Shown: in pieces, positions 57,498 through 64,000 of the stretch
Layout of the letters: each line of letters opens with the position of its first letter
Numbering within the stretch: the stretch's first letter is position 1
From: the human T2T-CHM13v2.0 reference genome, Homo sapiens
Assembly (NCBI RefSeq): GCF_009914755.1
Contig: NC_060948.1
Strand: one strand, 5' to 3'
Length of the DNA stretch: 64,000 nt
The notes under the pieces: model-generated
The model's input: the letters and a program-made list of their open reading frames with translations, nothing else
The model's database searches: none
Told to the model about the DNA's origin: nothing
Program-made: the position numbers and the translations under genes

Positions 57498-57927
57498 TGA
57501 TAGAGGAGAATGTCAAGGGTCCTGGGCAAAACTCTGCCATCTAAAACAGCTGGAAGCCTGAAAAACTTAAACTGTGGATTTTGGATGAAGCTGGCCATTT
57601 TCTGACTCTTTCTCTTTAAGTAATACCCACCTGTGCACTGGGAAAAGAAGGTGGAGCCATGGAAATTCACATTTTTTGAAAGGGGAGAAGCCTGGATTAT
57701 TCGGTTGCTATGTGGACACCTGGTGTTCACCAATCTGTGTGGTGGGGGCCCGTTAACAGGATAACCTCTCATTTTGCTGACAGTTTTGTTTGTTTGTTTG
57801 TTTGTTTCTGTTTCCATTTTGCCCAAAATCTTTTCTCCTCATGCTTCAGTGTGTCCATTATCTTATACCTTCCTGGTCATGTGACAAGTTCATAGTTTTA
57901 GCTGAAATAAGGAAAAAGTTCTACAGT
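57498..57927 (+). repeat. 5' LTR (MER61-like)
   Basis: Shares caagggtc, ctaaaacagc, cacctgtgcactggg, ggtggagcca and gtcatgtgacaag with 62131-62559. Confidence 0.8.
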
Positions 57928-60900
57928 TCAGTGTCTACATGTGAGGCTTGAGGAAATGTAAGATGTAAATCAATTTTTTTTTCTCTTTTACTTGTAAGCC
58001 TTTTCATCCTTGGACTTCTCCCGAGGGTAGAGGAAACCATGCACCACCCCACCATAACAGCCCAAAGTACATGCGAGATGACAGGTGAATGTCGGCTTTT
58101 AACCCCCATCTCTTCTGGGATGTAAAGTGCCAGAAATTTACGATGTCTTCCCCTTCAATGCCCAAGAGATCCAGCCTCATCCAACAGCAATTAAGTTTTT
58201 CACTGGGTTGAAGGAACCCTATTACATAAGAATAAAAATTTTCTTCCCTGCCCTACATTTTAGACTTTTTTTTTCACCCTGTCAGCAGTTTATTTTTAAG
58301 AAAAAGGCCTTTTTTCTTCTTAGAAGAGGTTTTGCTGGGCTAGGACCCCAGTGATCACTGCTTATATTCTTTGTAGAGTATTAATTTGAAAGGGTATTTG
58401 TGATATTGGTCTTGAGCTGCGGCCAATCTGGTGTGCTTTGTATGTCATTCTCTATGTTTGCTATGAAATTTTACTGTAGGCCTCCATCTTGTTGTATGTT
58501 TTTAGGACTGTGACCTGTAATCACATGGTGATGTTTCGTTTTGGACTCTGCCATTTTACAATGGTGGCTCAGGTTTAATCTTGGCTTAGGAAGTGAGTGC
58601 CTTCTGGTTTCATATCAGCATGTGACTTTTGCCATTTTCAGATTCTCTTTTCCTTCACAAATTGCCTTATATTGTTTTTTTCTGACCACCTGGTAAATTA
58701 TCTTTAGTAAAGTTGGAAAGCCAGAAATACTGGCTGCTTGGGGCTGGTAGAGTCAGGTAAAAAAAATAATAAAATAATTTTCTTAAAGTGTGCTCAACTT
58801 AATTAAAAGTGGATATCCAAATTATAGGCATATTTAAAAGGCCTGTATGTTTTTCTCTTCTGGGATCTTGTTTTGCTGGTAAAAGGTTTTTTCTCCACCA
58901 ACTGAATTATTTTTCTTTATTATGTCTTGCCATTGTAGTGCATGCATGTCAGAGCAGTAATTTAATCAGAAAATTGGCAAACAAAAAATCTTATGGCTAC
59001 TGGGTTTTCTTCTGCCTGTATATGTATATATATATGTGTGTTGTGTCTGTGATGTCTATAAAAAGAGCTCTAATAAATTTAATTGAAAAATAAATACAGC
59101 CTTAAAAGTGATCGGTAAAACACAAATGTCATCAATATATGAGTAGGTGGACTAAATTATTCAGGTCAGATACTAGGTTTGCTAAATGTTTCAAAATTAT
59201 AAACTGCTTTTTTTTGAGAACAGTTTAACCTTGCTTCACAATTGGTAAGGCCTGAGGACAAGTGGAATTAACAACATCCTTAATTATGTTGAAAAAAGTG
59301 AAACTCTTGGCTACACCTAGCACTTACTTAATAAAATTTACCTGGTTTTATACTAAAGTTAAAATTGTTAGAAATTACCATTACAATATGTAATTGAAAC
59401 CACTGGAAGTAGATTTACATATGAGGTGTGTAAGAGCAGTAAAATGTGTTTTTAAGAAAAGACTAAAAGTCATGGAAATATAAATTCTTGCCTAGGGTCA
59501 AGCAATTGTTTTGAATTACATAAGATAAAGCAAAAAGTTCAAACAAGTTGTAGAAGTCTTGTAAAAATAAATGTTGACAGAGGAATTCTCTGTGTGAATG
59601 TTAATTAAATTCAAAAAGGTATTATATGGGTTTTTTGTAAATTGAGCCTTAAAATAAAAGCACACAAGTTACTTTTAAGGCATGTGTCTATTCTTTAGCA
59701 AAATTTGTAAAGAATTTATAAAAGCTTTTTGCTTTTTAAATTTGTAAGTCATCATTTTGGTTAAATAAGTAATTTATGGTAATCTGGAATTTTATTTTAT
59801 AACATCTAGTGTTTTAAACCCCTAACATGTAACATCCTTCTCAAAATCAAACTTTAGTTACAAAATTGTTTTTCCCACCTTGTGGCTTTTGGATGCTAAA
59901 GGGAGCCCCTAGAGTATCCACAAGAGAGGTAAACAGGATTATATGGCATGTTTAGTTACATAGAATTGCCAAAATGGTGTTCAATATTCTGTAGATGATA
60001 TTTTGATGAATAATACTTATACATGTTCAAAAATTGTATGGGATTTCAAAAATTCTAATGTCTGAAGTATATGCTATCAATCAAAGTGAAGATTGTTTAA
60101 GATATTGTAAACCACAGAATAAACTGAAATTTTTTGTCAATCTTATTTCTGACTGTAACTACCCTGGGCAATTTGTTATACACAGACAATTGTTGTCTGT
60201 TTTGATTTTTTTTATAAAGTGGTTTTTAATCAGCTACAGATCTTTGACAGGTCCTCTCAATTGCAGGTTTCTAATCACTTTGGAGCTTGTGACATTGGAA
60301 TATAAGAAAAAAGTACAGCATAATGAAGAGCTAAAATGTTCATGAATATCAAACAAAACAAGAGTTAACTGAAAGGGGTGGACTAATAGAAAACTGAAGT
60401 ATTTTTTCTGACTTTTGATTGTAACATTACTGCTTCTTCTATTGTTTACCAGAGTCAAGGCAACTTATTTTGAGCTATTTACAGCCTTTAACATTTGAGT
60501 AAGGTGTACTCCTGTGAACAAAATATAGAATATGTTTGCCTCTCTCTGCCTGGCTTCTCCAGAATTTGAAAAGTAGTTCTGAGTCTTCTAAACTTATGGC
60601 AATATAACTGCTTGCATCAGAGCAATAATAATCCATTTTCTTTTCCAACAGGGCACACCTGCAGAAACTGGTTGTTTTACCAAGGACTTGATTGAAAGGG
60701 TTTGCTTCCCTTTAAGGAGTCAAGCTCAACTTGCAGAGCCAATAAAAGCCCCTTGGAAAAACAGGACTCATACCTCATCTATACAGTCATAGTGCAGGTT
60801 TATCTGTGGAAAGTAAAGAATGACACTTTCTGACAGCCCCAGGGACTCCAACTTTATCTTGGGACCATAAGAGGAGAGAATCACCCAACTCATAAGTATT

Positions 60901-62130
60901 TAAGGGTAAAACCCATGGCTGGGCTTCACATTAGAAGGTCTTATCTGAAATTTCTTGTTGAACAGAGTTCCATCAAAGCCAATGTAAAAGACCTATGATG
61001 AAATAATTCCATGTAATCCACTGAGAAACATTTTTATCCCAACCTCAATTTCAAGCTTCAGGTCAAAGCTCTAGGAAAGATTACTGGATCTGAGAAAATC
61101 AGAGGCTGATGATAATGGAGGTTAAAAAACTGTGCAGGTTGACATGACTAATTGGAGCTGATAATGCCAACCCTCCCATTTCATGGATAAGGATTATGCC
61201 AGCATCCTTGTCATAAATGAGGTCGAGTGAACTCCAGAACTACTAACAGCAGGGGAGATAGGGCATATGTAGGTAAGAGCAGATAGTTTCCCTCCCCAGA
61301 TCTCCCTGTTAACATGGATGAAAACTGCCTTGACACCCAGGAGTGGCAAACTGTAACAATTATGGGACTCAGGGGTACAAGGATTGAAAAGGGAAAGAGA
61401 ATATTCTTTCTCCTATATCTCAACATACCCTGGGTATTTGCTAGGAAGAGAAAGAAACTAGAGACACCTCCTCCTCTCTCTCTTTCTAGATAAGTAGCCA
61501 TTCATCTTCATTTTATACTTTTTTCAAATGCATCCTGAACCCTTGGAACTCCTTTGAAAAAATGCTTACTTTTTTTCATTTATTCTCCTGTGTATTCTCT
61601 TTACAGATAGGTAATCAGGTCTCAATACTGTGGGACACTCTTCTTGGTGCATCCTTTGAATTTGAAAGAGTTAATTTCCCAAACCTTAGACTGGTTTGCT
61701 TAGGATTCAACTCAGGAGAAAAGAACCCAGAACCCAGAAAACTGACATGCTCGAAAAGGGTAAGGGTAAAATTTTTGTTGTTCCATTTGGGCTTTTGATC
61801 TCCCTTTCCCTATGCAAACTGGTAAAAGACCTAGGAATTTGTGAGCTGTCCTTGCCCCCATTCCCCTTGTTTCATTTTAATACATTTTTAAAAAATAACC
61901 CAGTTTGATTCTTCTCACCTTCAGGCTATGAAACTCCAAACAGTCATGCAGCAATAGGCTTGGACAATGGCACTTTTAACTGGGGACACTTAGGCCTCTT
62001 AGGGAGTTCTGACTGCCATTTTTTTTTTAAACCAAAGCCCCCAGTCAGCAGGAAGCACTTAAAAGTGGTTTTTGTCTTCATGCTTATCGTTATTCCAACC
62101 ACAGTAAGATGTACTTATTTAGTGGGGAAA

Positions 62131-62559
62131 TAACAGAGTTAGGGAACAGCCAAGGGTCTTGGGTGAAACCCCGCCTTCAAGCCTAAAACAGCCTGCAGGC
62201 TGAAAACTGAGACTGCTGGTCTCAGAAAAAGCCTGCCTTTTTCAAACTGATTCTCTCTGAATAATGTCCACCTGCATACTGGGGGAAGAGAGTGGAGCCA
62301 CGGAAAGCTCAGGCCTTGTACATAGAGGAGGATCTGGGACTCTTCACTTCCTGTGTGATGGTCTGGTGTTCAGCAATCTGGGAGGAGAGGCCCTGTAAAC
62401 AGAACTCCCACTCACTTTTTTGAGAGTTGTTTTTTTTTTCTTCCTTTATTTTACTCAATCAACTCTACTCCTCATCCTTCAGAGTGTCCCTGACCTAATG
62501 TTTCCTAGTCATGTGACAAGAACCCAATTTTACTGAAGTAAGGAGAAAGTTTTGCAATG
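62131..62559 (+). repeat. 3' LTR (MER61-like)
   Basis: cagccaagggtcttgggtgaaaccccgccttcaagcctaaaacagcctgcaggctgaaaa...gtcatgtgacaagaaccc. Confidence 0.85.
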
Positions 62560-62563
62560 TGAG

Positions 62564-63430
62564 GATTTGGAACCCCCGTTTAAGATAAGTTGACTGTATC
62601 TGGCTTCCCTTACTGTTTCAGAATTTATTTTTCTATCTATGCCAGCATCACTCTTTTGATTATTATAACTTTGCAAAATGTTTTGAAATAAAAAGGAATT
62701 ATGCCTCTGAGTTTATTCTTATTTCCAGGCTGTTTGACTACTTGTGGTTTTCTGAGTGTTTATAGAAACTACAGGGCAATATTTATTGTCTCACTATGTG
62801 ATCCCAGAACTGTGGAAAGCCAAAGTAGGTGGATTGCTGTAGCCCAGGAGTTTGAGACCAGCCTGGGAAATATGGTGAAACACTGTCTCTACAAAAAACA
62901 TAAAAACTTGCTGAGCATGATGGCATGCACCTGCAGTCCCAGCTACTTGTGAGGCTGAGGTGGGAGGATCAATTGAACTTGAGAGTTCAAGGCTCAGTGA
63001 GCCATGATTATGACATGGCACTCCAGGCTGGATGACACAGCAAAATATTGATTCAAACATTTTAGAGCATTTTAGTACTTCTCCAGAAAGAACCACTGTT
63101 ATTTTTTAAAAAGAGATCTCATTGATTTGTAGATCATTTTGAATACCTTTAACATCTAAAGAAACTTGCATGTTTTAACTCTTGAAAAATACTATGCTCA
63201 AGAATTGGTCTAGTTTTCATATATATGCAGATGTGCTGTTTTCTTTTTGTTTTTAACTTCCCATTATATTACTGTGGACAGAAATAATACCTTTCGTGAT
63301 TGCCGTCTGTTTAAATATGCTGAAATGTGCATCTAGCATAGAAGTTTGCCTATCTGACAAAACATGTTGTACGTAATTATAAATATAATGTTTTATGCTG
63401 TTGTTGGGTGAAATGTTTTGTAGATTATGC
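62564..63430 (-). mobile_element. Old L1M-type fragments, antisense, continuing 57390-57450 across the ERV and interrupted by an Alu
   Basis: ccatttgttagtcagactgtgcctttctcatt before the ERV continues as ttggaaccc...agttgactgtat...tatgccagcatcac...ttttgattattataactttg after it. Confidence 0.6.
62790..63046 (+). mobile_element. AluJ-type element, degenerate
   Basis: agcccaggagtttgagaccagcctggg, gaggctgaggtgggaggatc and cagtgagccatgat. Confidence 0.88.
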
Positions 63431-63437
63431 CCACAGC

Positions 63438-63946
63438 TTATTTCTTTATCCTTTTATTTCTCTGTATATTTGTCTTTATCTCCATTTTGTTTATTTTATT
63501 TATTTACTTTGTTTTTATTAATAATTTAATTTCACTTCTATTTTTTATTTTATTTTTCTTATTATAGTCCCTTCATTTCAAATTTTCTCCAATTTGTATC
63601 TTGTTTGTAATATTTTATTTATTGTTTTGTTTTTATTAATTTATTTTCATTCATGTCCCTTCATATTATTTTATTTCCTTTTTTAATTTTATTTTTAGTT
63701 TTCTCCTCATTCTTGCATTTTTCTTGTTTTATTATGTTGCTAATTATTTCTGTTTATTTCTCTTAATTTATTTTATTTATTATCTTCATCTTTTTATTTA
63801 TTTTTCCTGATCTTAATTACATTTTTTTCCTTATTTTCTCTATTTTATTTTAGTTTATTTACCATTACTATGTTTTACTTCAAATTTATTTTTAATTTTT
63901 ATTTTATTTTTCTTTATTTCATTTTTTTAACTTTATTTTTTGTTTT
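63438..63946. repeat. T-rich low-complexity tract
   Basis: About 500 bp of irregular ttta/tttc/tttg words, nearly devoid of G. Confidence 0.9.
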
Positions 63947-64000
63947 ACAAAACAGAAGAGATGAGCTATTTTAAACTGACCCAGCCAGCGTGGTCAAGAC

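Larger units (their letters stand above)
57498..62559 (+). mobile_element. Complete non-coding ERV1 (MER4-group) provirus with MER61-like LTRs
   Basis: Direct ~430-bp LTRs at 57498-~57927 and 62131-~62559. A degenerate PBS follows the 5' LTR, the polypurine tract agtggggaaa precedes the 3' LTR, and (tg)tgag flanks both ends. The MER61 assignment is from recalled consensus. Confidence 0.8.

Noticed and set aside
57928-62130. gag/pol/env coding capacity in the ERV interior
   Set aside because: No ORF-track product shows recognisable retroviral motifs. The interior is AT-rich and of non-autonomous MER4-group type.
63947-64000. Possible exon after the T-rich tract
   Set aside because: Only ~50 bp are visible, too little to assign.

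Overview
Primate, almost certainly human, heterochromatin-like nuclear DNA with no intact protein-coding gene. Most of the window (1-5533 and ~10310-55800) is a degenerate beta-satellite (BSR-type) array. It has a hierarchy of ~70-bp monomers, ~4.8-kb subunits and ~16-kb macro-units, and is arranged in opposite orientations around a truncated ZNF727/ZNF736-like zinc-finger pseudo-exon. The array contains a ~9.2-kb ancient NUMT (ND6-CYTB-control region-12S-16S-ND1-ND2) that is itself interrupted by a 5'-inverted L1PA. It also carries several Alus, short L1s and an apparent retroposed 3'-UTR fragment. The right end holds old L1 fragments and a complete two-LTR MER61-like ERV1 element. The combination resembles human Yp11.2 (recalled, not verified). 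The most notable observation is that translated satellite subunits match three successive, collinear blocks of the Y-linked orphan protein BPY2/VCY2 as I recall its sequence, so the satellite looks like the non-coding template of that gene. I see no support for a functional novel system beyond this. All coordinates were read by eye and are approximate unless a TSD is quoted.
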